The notes below the pieces were generated by a model, which was not told where the DNA came from, did no database searches, and saw nothing but the letters and a program-made list of their open reading frames with translations. Below are positions 49,084 through 59,772 of a stretch of DNA of 64,000 nucleotides, piece after piece (the first letter of the stretch is position 1; each line of letters begins with the position of its first letter). This stretch comes from an uncultured Bacilli bacterium. Lineage in GTDB: Bacteria; Bacillota_I; Bacilli_A; RFN20; CAG-826. Where the stretch lies: the NCBI GenBank assembly GCA_944369075.1, contig CALVXK010000004.1, positions 9,078 to 73,077 on the forward strand, in the 5' to 3' direction. A program made the translations under genes and the position numbers.

Positions 49084-50070
49084 ATGGCAAGTAAAAACGC
49101 GAAAGTCTTAAAACCAAAAAAGAAAAAGTTTAATTTTAATAAAGTATTCTTCTACTTAAAATCATTAATTAACAACGGCGTTGTTAAAGAAATTGGTATA
49201 AAACACTGGATTAGTTCTATATTCGTTATGTTAATTGCACTTTTTATTAGTGTAATGCCAACATTAACTACTGAAGCAACAAGAAATGGTTCTTCTGGTA
49301 TCAATAACCAATATAATGACGTTTTAGTTGAAGCACTTTATAACTATGTTAACGATGATAGTGCTCCAGATTTAAAGATTGTTGATCATAAATTATCAAC
49401 AGTTGAACCAGTATCAAACTCCTTAATTTATAACTACGAAAGAAGCAATTTAAGATTTGATATTTATTATTTCAATACTGATGCAGGAATTTCATTCAAT
49501 GATCAAATTAATTCTGTTTTAGAGAATAATCCAAATGTCTCTAATGCTATGTTCCTTGGAAGTGATCAATATACAGTTTCAATTTACCAACAAGGTTCTA
49601 CCCAAATCGTTGGAAATGCTGCCGGAAGATATGGACACATCGAAAATATTGAATCATTCAAAGATTATTTAAAACAAAATACATCTTCTTTAAAAGATAT
49701 TAACGAAATTAAACAAGAATATATGACTAACTTCTATACCTTTGCAGATCAAGGCTATCTTGATGTAAGAGGTCAACAAGTTGGTTTAATGGTTGGAATT
49801 ATTTTAGGAATTAATGGTGGTATTACTCTTATTATTCTTCCTATTTTATTCTTAATGTCTAGAGGTAAGAATAATCCTAATAGAGTATTAAAATTCTACC
49901 AAGTTATGGGTATTTCATTCCACGCAACACTTTCTCCAGCAATTATTACATTGATTTTAGGTTATATCATGGGTTCTTCAATGCAAATGATGTCTATGAT
50001 TTATGTAATGTGTTATGGATTCAGAGCTATGTGGCTCACAATGAAATATTTAAGAACTCCAATTCAATAA
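49084..50070 (+). CDS. membrane protein, unknown function
   Basis: Lys-rich N-terminus, one TM, a roughly 180-aa extracytoplasmic segment, then C-terminal TM helices. Confidence 0.5.
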   Translation: MASKNAKVLKPKKKKFNFNKVFFYLKSLINNGVVKEIGIKHWISSIFVMLIALFISVMPTLTTEATRNGSSGINNQYNDVLVEALYNYVNDDSAPDLKIVDHKLSTVEPVSNSLIYNYERSNLRFDIYYFNTDAGISFNDQINSVLENNPNVSNAMFLGSDQYTVSIYQQGSTQIVGNAAGRYGHIENIESFKDYLKQNTSSLKDINEIKQEYMTNFYTFADQGYLDVRGQQVGLMVGIILGINGGITLIILPILFLMSRGKNNPNRVLKFYQVMGISFHATLSPAIITLILGYIMGSSMQMMSMIYVMCYGFRAMWLTMKYLRTPIQ

Positions 50071-50089
50071 AATTAAAGTTAGTAGTTTT

Positions 50090-50141
50090 AAGAGCTAATT
50101 AGATATTCAAATTATGTACATCTAATTAGCTCTTTTTTATT
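50090..50141 (+). terminator. rho-independent terminator of the 49084..50070 gene
   Basis: 15-bp perfect stem AAGAGCTAATTAGAT-(15 nt)-ATCTAATTAGCTCTT followed by TTTTATT. Confidence 0.65.
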
Positions 50142-50154
50142 CACAAAAAATTAT

Positions 50155-50192
50155 TTTTAAAAAAAATAACTTAGCCATTTAGCTAAGTTATT
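50155..50192 (-). terminator. rho-independent terminator of secG
   Basis: 11-bp stem AATAACTTAGC-(6 nt)-GCTAAGTTATT followed by TTTTTTTT on the minus strand. Confidence 0.6.
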
Positions 50193-50205
50193 AACATTCT
50201 CTTAA

Positions 50206-50517
50206 TTAGATAATTACACCTAAGAAGTTTTGAATAAGATGAATTGCAGTTGTAGTTGTTTCTCCTGTTGTAGCAGAATCACTACTTCCACTTGTAAGAA
50301 CTGTAGAAAGTAATGCTAAGAATAAGAATACAATTCCAAATCCAAGTGTAAGATAAGAAACAATTAATTCAGAACCTCTTTCTTTTGTTTTAACGAAGAC
50401 ATTTAATCCGCCACCAGTAATAGCACCAGATGCACCTTCACTTTTACCACCTTGAAGTAACCCCAAGACAATGATTACTAAGCAAATTATCCAGAATATC
50501 CAATCATACCATTGCAT
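50206..50517 (-). CDS. secG: preprotein translocase subunit SecG
   Basis: LLQGGKSEGASGAITGGG... matches the conserved SecG core (LLQxGKGxGLSGAFGGG). SecG typically lies downstream of eno in Firmicutes. Confidence 0.7.
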   Translation of the reverse strand: MQWYDWIFWIICLVIIVLGLLQGGKSEGASGAITGGGLNVFVKTKERGSELIVSYLTLGFGIVFLFLALLSTVLTSGSSDSATTGETTTTAIHLIQNFLGVII

Positions 50518-50582
50518 AAAATTACCTCCTATAAAAAATGCTTAAATATTTTAATATGATTAATGAGTTAAGTCTAGAAATA

Positions 50583-51863
50583 TCATTCTTTTTCTTCAAC
50601 TTTAACATTTCTATTAACTTTCATCCATGTTGGTTTAGAGAATATACCAAAAAAAACCGTAACAATATAAACTACTGAAAATAATGGGAAAATAAATGCA
50701 CCACTTAAAAGTTCTTTTCTTTTTTTAACTCCCATTTTCTTATAGTCCAAGATTACCAATAATAATCCTTGTAATACACCTGCAAAAAGGAATAAAACAC
50801 TAACACAAGTCGCAATAACGATTAATATTAAATAGAATTCATCCCATCTTCCAACTGCCCCTAAGTAACTTAGAGCATAAATATAATATAAAGGAATCCA
50901 TGTACAAAGAAGCGCACAAATAGGAACTAAGAAATAACTAAAAAGATTCTCAATATAAGAAAATCTAAGCGTTTTAAAGAATTCTACAATTAATTTCCAT
51001 CCATATTTTCCAAGTAATCTTATAACTCCTGCTCCAAATCTTCTATTACGAGCATAAGTATCTTTAAAAGTTGATGGAAAATCCTCATAAACTATAGCAT
51101 CCTCAACATAATGACATCTATATCCATCAAACATTCTTTTAAAATTAAATTCAACATCTTCAGTAATTGAAAAAGCATCAAATCCATTTGCTTTTTCTAA
51201 CACTTCAGTTGCAAACATACTTCCTGGACCATTTACATGAGCATCTAGGCCAAATCTTTCTCTAACTCTTGAAGAAAATCTAGAATCAAACACGTAATAT
51301 AATCCACAAGCTTTTGTAAATGTTGAATCAGTAATATTTAAACAACTTTCATATGGTCTAGCAATCTTACAGCCAGCATTAAAAGCATCATTCATAATTG
51401 ATATAAATTCGTCGTTAATATGATTATCAGCATCTAAACGAATAAGAAAATCATATTTTTTCATATCAAGTATCTTTTTAAAACCAAATTGTAAAGGATA
51501 TGAGACACGATGATGTTTAGGATTAGGATCATCAAGTTTATAAACAGTTGCTCCCGCTCTTTTTGCTTCATCAAAAGTTTTGTCAGTACAATTATTTGCT
51601 ACAACATAGACATCGAATAGTTCTCTAGGATATTTTTGCTTATCAAAAATTGCTTTTACAGTCGTGTAAATAACATTTTCTTCATTTCTGGCACAAATAA
51701 TAATTGCAACTCTATTAAGTTTTGTTGTTTTTTTATATGTTTTCTTTTTTACCCAAAAGAAAATCATATAAAAAATTTGTAAGGCAAATGGTATACCTAT
51801 CACACACAAGATCGCATTATTAACATAAGTTAATATTTGGTAAAGTAATTCATGCCATGCCAT
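50583..51863 (-). CDS. membrane-embedded family-2 glycosyltransferase (PgaC/IcaA/cellulose-synthase-like topology)
   Basis: N-terminal TM, then a GT-A domain (VAIIICARNEENVI, DxD in LDADNHI), then C-terminal TM bundle. Confidence 0.7.
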   Translation of the reverse strand: MAWHELLYQILTYVNNAILCVIGIPFALQIFYMIFFWVKKKTYKKTTKLNRVAIIICARNEENVIYTTVKAIFDKQKYPRELFDVYVVANNCTDKTFDEAKRAGATVYKLDDPNPKHHRVSYPLQFGFKKILDMKKYDFLIRLDADNHINDEFISIMNDAFNAGCKIARPYESCLNITDSTFTKACGLYYVFDSRFSSRVRERFGLDAHVNGPGSMFATEVLEKANGFDAFSITEDVEFNFKRMFDGYRCHYVEDAIVYEDFPSTFKDTYARNRRFGAGVIRLLGKYGWKLIVEFFKTLRFSYIENLFSYFLVPICALLCTWIPLYYIYALSYLGAVGRWDEFYLILIVIATCVSVLFLFAGVLQGLLLVILDYKKMGVKKRKELLSGAFIFPLFSVVYIVTVFFGIFSKPTWMKVNRNVKVEEKE

Positions 51864-51887
51864 ATCTCTAGATTATAACACCAAAAT

Positions 51888-53873
51888 TTATTTCATTCCT
51901 TTTAATTCGAAAAGAATTTCTCTTAATTCGATTGCCTTCTCAAAATCAAACACCTTTGCTGCTTTTTTCATTTCAGATTCAACAATCTTAATTCGTTCAT
52001 CAATTTCTTTCTTAGATAATTTAGCTTCATTGTTTTTAATCTTAGAAAGTTTATTATCTTCAAGAGTAATAGCGTGAATTGGATCAACAATTTCTTTGAT
52101 AATTGTTGTAGGGATAATGCCATATTCTTCGTTATATTTTTCTTGAATCTCTCTTCTTCTATTAGTTTCTTTAATACATTCTTCCATAGAGTCAGTAATC
52201 TTATCTGCATACATTATAGCTTCACCATTAGCATTTCTTGCAGCTCTACCGACTACTTGAATCAAGCTCCTTTCACTTCTTAAGAAGCCTTCCTTATCAG
52301 CATCTAAAATAGCGACTAAAGAAACTTCAGGAATATCAAGACCTTCTCTTAAAAGATTAATTCCAACTAAAACATCGTATTTCCCTTTTCTTAATTGATA
52401 AATTATTTCACTTCTTTCCAATGTTTTACATTCGTTATGTAGATAAACGGTTTTAATTTCCTTGCCTTTAAGATACTCTGTTAAATCTTCAGCCATACGA
52501 ATGGTTAGAGTAACAATCATAACTCTTTCTTTTCTAGCAATACGTTCTTTAATTTCAAATAATAAGTCATCAATTTGTCCTAAAGTCGGTCTTACAACAA
52601 TCTTTGGATCAAGAAGTCCAGTAGGTCTAATGATTTGTTCAACAAATTTACCATTAGTTTGTTCGAGTTCAAAAGGACCAGGGGTAGCACTTGTAAAAAT
52701 TACTTGATTAAATTCACCGACGAACTCATCAAAATTAAGAGGTCTATTATCTAGAGCCGAAGGAAGCCTAAAGCCATAATCAACTAAATTTTGTTTTCTT
52801 GATCTATCACCATTATACATCCCTCTAACTTGAGGAATAGTTGCATGGCTTTCATCAATTATCATTAAATAATCTTTTGGAAAATAATCCATTAAGCAGA
52901 AAGGTTTCTCTCCTTCTTTTCTTCCATCAATGTGGCGAGAATAGTTTTCTATTCCAGGACACATTCCAAACTCCATAAGGGATTCAATGTCGTGATTAGT
53001 TCTTTGTTCAATTCTTTCAGCTTCTAAAAGCTTGCCTTCACTTTTAAAATATTCAATTCTTTCTTTTAATTCTTCTTTGATTCTTTCACAAGCTCTAGTT
53101 ATTCTTTCTCTTGTTGAAGCGTGATCATATGCAGGAAAAAAGGATAAAGCTTGATAACTTTCAAGAATTTCTCCGGTTAAATAGTTACATTTATATATAC
53201 CATCGACAGTATCGCCAAATAGTTCAATACGGATGTATTCTTCTTTATCTCCAGCTCTCATAATAGAAATAGTATCCCCATGAATTCTAAATCTACCAGG
53301 TGCTAAATCCATTTCGTTTCTCGTATAAGCAGAATCAATTAATTTCTTCGTAAATTCTTTTAAATCAAGTTCTTCATCAACTCTTACTTCAAAAGCTAAC
53401 TTTTTGTATTCTTCTGGATCTGTTAAACCATAAATTGAAGCGACAGAAGCAACAACGATAGTGTCTCTTCTAGAAACAATAGAGTTAACCGCAGCAACTC
53501 TCATCATTTCAATTTCTTCGTTCATTACGGCATTTTTTTCTATATATGTATCGCTAGCAACAACATAAGCTTCTGGCTGATAAAAATCAAAATTAGAAAC
53601 AAAATATTCAACTCTATTATGAGGAAAAAGTTCTTTCATCTCTTGATATAATTGACCAGCAAGAGTTTTATTATGAACCAAAATTAAAGTAGGTTTTTGA
53701 ACAGATGCTATAACATTTGCCATAGTAAAAGTTTTACCAGTACCTGTAGCACCGAGTAAAACTTGAAACTTTTTACCTTCGTTTACACCTTCAACTAATT
53801 CTTTAATAGCTTTAGGTTGATCACCTGTAGGCTTAAATTTTGAAACTAATTCAAAACTATTTTGGCTCATCAT
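51888..53873 (-). CDS. uvrB: excinuclease ABC subunit B
   Basis: Helicase motifs GATGTGKTF and DESH are present. The likely start is the internal Met (MMSQNSFELVSKFKPTGDQ), which avoids overlap with the upstream gene. Confidence 0.95.
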   Translation of the reverse strand: MMSQNSFELVSKFKPTGDQPKAIKELVEGVNEGKKFQVLLGATGTGKTFTMANVIASVQKPTLILVHNKTLAGQLYQEMKELFPHNRVEYFVSNFDFYQPEAYVVASDTYIEKNAVMNEEIEMMRVAAVNSIVSRRDTIVVASVASIYGLTDPEEYKKLAFEVRVDEELDLKEFTKKLIDSAYTRNEMDLAPGRFRIHGDTISIMRAGDKEEYIRIELFGDTVDGIYKCNYLTGEILESYQALSFFPAYDHASTRERITRACERIKEELKERIEYFKSEGKLLEAERIEQRTNHDIESLMEFGMCPGIENYSRHIDGRKEGEKPFCLMDYFPKDYLMIIDESHATIPQVRGMYNGDRSRKQNLVDYGFRLPSALDNRPLNFDEFVGEFNQVIFTSATPGPFELEQTNGKFVEQIIRPTGLLDPKIVVRPTLGQIDDLLFEIKERIARKERVMIVTLTIRMAEDLTEYLKGKEIKTVYLHNECKTLERSEIIYQLRKGKYDVLVGINLLREGLDIPEVSLVAILDADKEGFLRSERSLIQVVGRAARNANGEAIMYADKITDSMEECIKETNRRREIQEKYNEEYGIIPTTIIKEIVDPIHAITLEDNKLSKIKNNEAKLSKKEIDERIKIVESEMKKAAKVFDFEKAIELREILFELKGMK

Positions 53874-54927
53874 TTTTACCTTCTTCGCCTTCTTTTTTAT
53901 CTTCAGCAAGTTTTTTTATTTTCTTAATGGCATTCTCTTTACTTGAATGGAGTTTAGAAAAGCCTTCCCCAGCAACGTTAGAACATTCACCTATTATCAT
54001 AAAAGCTTTTTTATCTACATCAGCAACTAAATCTTTAACATTAATTAATTCGTTTCTTGCAAAAATTATTCTTACACAAACTTTATCTTCTTCAGAATAA
54101 CCACCTTTAACGTTATAAACTGTTACACTTCTATCTAACTCTTTAATAACTCTATCACTTAATTCTTTGGGTTTATCTGTTACTATATCAGCAAAATAAG
54201 CTCCGCTTTGTCTAACATACACAAATTCAATCATTAATGAGCATAAAACCGCCGAGAATATACCTATTAAGGAAGCCAAAAATCCATAAGATGATTGATT
54301 AACTAATTGAATAATAATTCCGACTAAAACTATTGTTACATCAAAAATTAAAGAACAGTTAGATGTTTTTATTCCTGTAAACTTATTTAATATAAAGGCT
54401 AAAATATCAAGCCCACCTGTAGAACCGCCACCGATAAAAGTAATTCCACATCCAATTCCCGTTAAAGCTCCGCCAACTAAACCAATAATTATTAATCTAC
54501 CAGGCTGGAGTAATTCTAAATTAACGATTTCAACAACCCCACTATTACTAGTAACAGACATACCATCGTTAATCAGCAAATTAAGGATGTATTCACTTAT
54601 TCCTGTTCTTAAAATAAGAGAGAATATAATTGGATAAACAATAGAAGAAATTAAAGTATTGATTGAAAACTTAAGCCCTAAAAAAATTAGTCCTAAAAAG
54701 AAGATTAACCAAGTAAAAATAGTGATAATAACGTCAATATCAATAGGAATATATCTTGATAAAATAATTCCTAAACCTGATAAACCACCAGAAACAATAT
54801 TAAAAGGAACTAAAAATACCGCTGCTCCAAAGGCTACGATAAATGTACCTAAAATTACTAAAAAAGTTTTATAAATATGCTTTAAAACGGCTTTTCCTGA
54901 TAATTTTTCACTAATTTTTACTTTCAT
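53857..54927 (-). CDS. YitT-family (DUF161/DUF2179) membrane protein
   Basis: Polytopic N-terminal domain and C-terminal DUF2179-like soluble domain (VTVYNVKGGYSEEDKVCVRIIFARNEL). Confidence 0.7.
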   Translation of the reverse strand: MKVKISEKLSGKAVLKHIYKTFLVILGTFIVAFGAAVFLVPFNIVSGGLSGLGIILSRYIPIDIDVIITIFTWLIFFLGLIFLGLKFSINTLISSIVYPIIFSLILRTGISEYILNLLINDGMSVTSNSGVVEIVNLELLQPGRLIIIGLVGGALTGIGCGITFIGGGSTGGLDILAFILNKFTGIKTSNCSLIFDVTIVLVGIIIQLVNQSSYGFLASLIGIFSAVLCSLMIEFVYVRQSGAYFADIVTDKPKELSDRVIKELDRSVTVYNVKGGYSEEDKVCVRIIFARNELINVKDLVADVDKKAFMIIGECSNVAGEGFSKLHSSKENAIKKIKKLAEDKKEGEEGKNDEPK

Positions 54928-56024
54928 TCTTTTTCCTCAACTCTAAATATGAATAAATAAATCCTTCTATCTCACCATCCATAACTTTATCAACTTGAGT
55001 TTCTTCATAATTAGTTCGATTATCTTTAACTAATGTATATGGGCAAAAAACATATGATCTAATTTGAGAACCCCATTCGATATTTTTTTGTTCACCTATA
55101 ATATTCTTTAATTTTTGCTTTTTCATCAGCTCTTCTCTTTCAAAGAGTTTTGATTTTAGCATATTCATTGCAAGTTCTTTATTTCTAAGTTGTGTTCTTT
55201 CAACTTGAGAAGAAACAACAATTCCAGTTGGTAAATGAGTAATTCTTACTGCTGTTGAAACTTTATTAACGTTTTGACCACCAGCACCACCACTTCTATA
55301 TAAATCAATTTTTAAATCATCTGGATTTATTTGAATATTAATTGAATCATCAAATTGTGGAGTAACAGAAACGCTTGCAAATGAGGTATGTCTTCTCTTA
55401 TTAGAATCAAAAGGAGAAATTCTTACTAATCTATGAACCCCTTTTTCTGACTCTAATAATCCATAAGCATTTTTTCCTTCAATTAGCATTGTAACTGATT
55501 TTACACCAACTTCTTCTCCTGGGAGAAAATCAATTATTGTAAATTTTAATTTTTCTCTTTCACAAAAACGTTCATACATTCTTAGAAGCATATTAGCCCA
55601 GTCACAAGCTTCTGTTCCACCTGCTCCTGGGTGAATTTCTAAAATACAATTTAAATGATCATATTCCCCAGAAAATAAAACCTCTATTCTTAAATTTTGA
55701 ATATCTTTAAATAATTTGCAAGCTTCTTCTTCAAGTAAAGCTAAAATATCACTATCGTTGAGATCGATAGTAGAAGCAAAATCAGATAGTTCATTTACTC
55801 TTTTTAAGCAATCATTAAATTTTTCCTTGTTTTCCACCAAGGAATTTCTCTCATCAATTAATTTTTTTGCTTCCCTTTGGTTTGAATAAAAATTTTCATT
55901 CAAACTAAGTTTATCTATTTCGTCTATTCTTTTATTAATTGATGGGTTGTCAAAGTGAGTCACCAAGAACTTTTAATAGTTCTTCCTTTTCTTTTATTTC
56001 GTTTCTAAGTTGTAATAAATCCAT
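54911..56024 (-). CDS. prfB: peptide chain release factor 2, expressed through a programmed +1 ribosomal frameshift
   Basis: Frame 0 runs from ATG 56024 for 24 codons: MDLLQLRNEIKEKEELLKVLGDSL then stop TGA. It ends in CTT TGA C (plus-strand 55949-55955). The +1 frame continues as DNPSINKRIDEIDK... through SPF and the GGQ motif. An SD-like GGTGA lies 4 nt upstream of CTT. Confidence 0.9.
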
Positions 56025-56026
56025 AA

Positions 56027-58972
56027 TTAATTAGTGCGAATTGAATCAAAATCTGTATCTTGAGCAGCTTCTTTATCTTTATCAATATCGCTTATATTTA
56101 ATTCAGCTTTAATTTCATCTGAATTAGAAACAACATTTTCTTTAGGTTTATCTTCGTTTGCCTTTACTTCTTCGGCAGGTTTGTTTTCTTCTTTAACCTC
56201 TTCCTTAATAATATCAGGAGTTTCAGGCTTAATTGCACTTTCAGCGGTTGGTGTTTCACTAACAGTCGAAGTTTGCGTTGAAGCAATAACAGGTTTAGCT
56301 GAACCATCTAATGTAGATTGAACTTCTACTACAGGTTGGCTTGCTCTTTTTTCACGAAGTGCTTTTCTTTGCTCTTCGAGTTTAGCTTGCCTATTCATGA
56401 TATACTCTCTAATTCTTTCTTTTCTTTGCTCTTCTTCACTCAAACGTTTAGTTCTTTTTGGTGCAGCTGCAGTTGTTTCGGCTTTTTCGCTAACATTTAC
56501 CTTTAATCCTTCGGTATTGCCTTCTTTTTGTTCAACATTTTCTGCACTTGGTTTCATTTCGGTTGTAAATTCTTCTTTCTTAGCAATTCTAAGATTTAAC
56601 AAGTTTAAAACAACCTCTAAAGCAATAGTTTCTTGCATTTCTCTAAATAAGCCCCAACCTTCATTAACGTAATCTTGAAGTGGGTTGGTTTGAGCATAGC
56701 TTCTTAAAGTAACTGATTCTCTAAATCTAGTCATGTTATCGATTTGTTGAGTCCAGTTTCTATCAATAACTCTTAGAGTAATTTGTCTTTGAATTTTTTC
56801 AGCTTCTTCAGGATTTCCCCAAGTCTTTTTCTTATCTTCATAAGCTTGTAATAAAAGTTCAGTTAAATCACTTGCTGCATCTTCAACGCTAGCATCATCC
56901 CAAACTTGAGGTTTAATTACTCCTTCAGGTAAGAAACGAGGTGTAACAATACTTAATAATTTATTTCCATCAATAGTAGAATTTTTTGATTCATCCTTTG
57001 TGGAACGTTTTGCAATGGCAACACCACATTTATCAAACATTTCGAGTAATAATGGATTAATATCCTTTGCAAACAAAATTTGATCTCTTTGTGCATACAT
57101 AATATGTCTTTGTTTACTCAAAACATCATCGTAATCGAGTAATGTCTTACGAACATCAAAGTTTTGTCCTTCAATACGTTTTTGAGCTGATGTAATAGCA
57201 TTAGTCATAATTCTCATATCAAGTGGTTCATCACCAAATGAAGCGAATGTCTTTCTTAAACTATCACTAGCAAATCTAACCATTAATTCATCATCTAAAG
57301 AAACGAAGAATTGGCTAGTTCCTGGGTCTCCTTGTCTACCACTTCTACCTCTAAGTTGGTTATCAATTCTTCTTGATTCATGTCTTTCAAAACCGAAAAC
57401 ATATAGGCCACCTAATGCTCTTGTCTCATCAGTAAGTTTAATATCAGTACCTCTACCAGCCATATTAGTAGCAAGAGTAATTCTTCCTTTTTGACCAGCT
57501 TGAGCAACGATTTCAGCCTCTCTAGAGTGGTTTTTAGCGTTAATCATCTCGTAATGAAGTCCGGCTTTGTCAAGTTCACGAGCAACTTCTTCAGATGCTT
57601 CAACTGATGGAGTACCAATTAAAATTGGTTGCCCAGTTGAATGAACTCTTTGAACTTCTTTTATTAAAGCTTTCATTTTTGCTGCTTTATTAGCAAAAAC
57701 TAAGTCGTTTAAATCTTTTCTAATTACTGGTTTGTTAGTAGGAATGCAAATAACTTTCATCGAATAAATTTTGTTAAATTCTTCTTCTTCAGTTTTTGCA
57801 GTACCAGTCATACCAGAGAGTTTTTTAAATAATCTAAAGAAGTTTTGATATGTAATAGTTGCCATTGTTACAGTTTCTTCTTTAATCTCAACGCCTTCTT
57901 TAGCTTGAATAGCTTGTTGCAAGCCATCAGAATATTCTCTACCTTTTAAAACACGGCCTGTAAATTGGTCAATAAGTTGAATTTCACGATTTTCATCAAC
58001 AAGATATTCAACGTCTCTAGTCATAATAAAGTTGGCTTTTAAAGCTTGGTGAATTCTATGAACTAGTTCTTGATATTGAGGAGCATAGAGGTTTTGAATA
58101 CCAAACATTCTTTCAGCTTTTGTAACACCAGAATTAGTTAAATTTACTGTTTTTGATTTAACATCAATTTCATAATCACCATCTGGTTCATAATCTGGAT
58201 GTTTTCTTTTATATTCTTCATCTACTGGTGTAGAAGCTTTAAGCATTTTACAGAATCTATCAGCAACTTGGTAAGCACTAGCAGCAACTTTTGAACCACC
58301 TGAAATAATAAGCGGTGTTCTTGATTCATCGATTAAAACAGAGTCAGCTTCATCAACGATACAATAATTTAGTCCTCTTAAAACACGTCTATCAGCAGTT
58401 GGAGCCATATTATCACGAAGGTAATCGAAACCAAGTTCTGAGTTAATAGTGTAAGTAACGTCACAAGCATGAGCTGCTTTCTTTTCGGGATTTGTAAGAG
58501 AATGTAAGTTAACGCCGGTAGTTAATCCTAACCAACGATAAATTTGGCCCATTTCATTAGCATCTCTTTGAGCTAAGTATTCGTTAACTGTAACGATATG
58601 AACCCCTTTTCCTTCAAGAGCATTTAAATATGTTGGCATAGTTTCAGTTAAGGTTTTACCTTCACCAGTTTTCATTTCAGCAATTTCGCCATCATTTAAA
58701 ACTAAACCGCCAATAATTTGAACTTCAAAAGGGAACATTCCTAAAACACGTCTTGCAGCTTCTCTACAAACAGCAAATGCTTCAATTTTAATATCTTCTA
58801 AAGTTTGACCATTTTTAAGCCTTTCTTTAAATTCAACAGTTTTATGCTTAAGTTCATCATCACTTAAAGCTTTCATTGTATCTTCAAGTGCTTCAACTTT
58901 TTGTGCTTGTTTTCTGTATTTTTTTAATAATCTTTGATCTACTCTAAATATTTTATTAATAATATCACTCAT
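56027..58972 (-). CDS. secA: preprotein translocase ATPase SecA with a roughly 150-aa low-complexity C-terminal extension
   Basis: DEAD motor motifs (GEGKT, DEAD in CIVDEADS). The C-terminal tail is K/E/T/A-rich and lacks the usual Cys-rich zinc finger. Confidence 0.95.
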   Translation of the reverse strand: MSDIINKIFRVDQRLLKKYRKQAQKVEALEDTMKALSDDELKHKTVEFKERLKNGQTLEDIKIEAFAVCREAARRVLGMFPFEVQIIGGLVLNDGEIAEMKTGEGKTLTETMPTYLNALEGKGVHIVTVNEYLAQRDANEMGQIYRWLGLTTGVNLHSLTNPEKKAAHACDVTYTINSELGFDYLRDNMAPTADRRVLRGLNYCIVDEADSVLIDESRTPLIISGGSKVAASAYQVADRFCKMLKASTPVDEEYKRKHPDYEPDGDYEIDVKSKTVNLTNSGVTKAERMFGIQNLYAPQYQELVHRIHQALKANFIMTRDVEYLVDENREIQLIDQFTGRVLKGREYSDGLQQAIQAKEGVEIKEETVTMATITYQNFFRLFKKLSGMTGTAKTEEEEFNKIYSMKVICIPTNKPVIRKDLNDLVFANKAAKMKALIKEVQRVHSTGQPILIGTPSVEASEEVARELDKAGLHYEMINAKNHSREAEIVAQAGQKGRITLATNMAGRGTDIKLTDETRALGGLYVFGFERHESRRIDNQLRGRSGRQGDPGTSQFFVSLDDELMVRFASDSLRKTFASFGDEPLDMRIMTNAITSAQKRIEGQNFDVRKTLLDYDDVLSKQRHIMYAQRDQILFAKDINPLLLEMFDKCGVAIAKRSTKDESKNSTIDGNKLLSIVTPRFLPEGVIKPQVWDDASVEDAASDLTELLLQAYEDKKKTWGNPEEAEKIQRQITLRVIDRNWTQQIDNMTRFRESVTLRSYAQTNPLQDYVNEGWGLFREMQETIALEVVLNLLNLRIAKKEEFTTEMKPSAENVEQKEGNTEGLKVNVSEKAETTAAAPKRTKRLSEEEQRKERIREYIMNRQAKLEEQRKALREKRASQPVVEVQSTLDGSAKPVIASTQTSTVSETPTAESAIKPETPDIIKEEVKEENKPAEEVKANEDKPKENVVSNSDEIKAELNISDIDKDKEAAQDTDFDSIRTN

Positions 58973-59043
58973 ATCTTTTCCTTAATATATAAAAAATCCT
59001 AATTATTTTACCATTATAAACACTCTTGGGCAAATCATAATAA

Positions 59044-59772
59044 TCACGATAAAACAAACCTTTTGTCCTTAATTTTTTCAAGTTCATCTTTCGAGAATTC
59101 TCTTTTTGCAATTACTACTATTTTTAAGTCTTTATTAACATAAGGTTTTATTAAATCAACAGCCGCTTTTAAAGAGCTTCCGGTCGTACAAATGTCATCA
59201 CAAATTAGTATTTTTTTATTTCTTAAAATTTCTTTATTTGTAACTAAAAAATTATCTTTTACTTTTGTTCTTTCGACGTAACTTTTTAAGTGTTGATTAT
59301 CATCTTTCTTCTTCATTAAAACATCTTTTAAAACCGGTAGTTTTAAAGAGGAAAACATTTCTTCTACCTGGTTAAAACCTCTTTTAAGATCTTTTTCCTT
59401 AAAAGAGGGTATGGGGAGTATATAATAGTTTTTATATTTTTCTTTTAGTTCGTTATTAAAATAAGCGATAAAAACATCTTTAAGTTCATAATCTAAACAT
59501 CCTTTAAATTGATAAATTAATTTTTTTAAAACTTCGTTATATTCAAAAATAGCAAGAGCTTCTACATCTTCTATTTTAAATTTCTTAAAAACGGGGTTTA
59601 ATTCTTTTAGACATTTGCTACAAATTGGCTCGTTGTATAACAAAGAATGGATATTATTAGTATAAATTTTATTAAAACAAATTTTACAAATCCTTGTTGT
59701 ATCCTTCAATGGTTCGAATTGATTTATCCATTTCTTTTGTTCTTTTTTTAGAAACATAATAAATATCTCCAC
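59044..59772 (-). CDS. comFC: ComFC-type competence protein (phosphoribosyltransferase domain)
   Basis: N-terminal zinc finger CKICFNK...CSKCLKEL and PRTase motif ILICDDICTTGSS. Confidence 0.8.
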   Translation of the reverse strand: MEIFIMFLKKEQKKWINQFEPLKDTTRICKICFNKIYTNNIHSLLYNEPICSKCLKELNPVFKKFKIEDVEALAIFEYNEVLKKLIYQFKGCLDYELKDVFIAYFNNELKEKYKNYYILPIPSFKEKDLKRGFNQVEEMFSSLKLPVLKDVLMKKKDDNQHLKSYVERTKVKDNFLVTNKEILRNKKILICDDICTTGSSLKAAVDLIKPYVNKDLKIVVIAKREFSKDELEKIKDKRFVLS

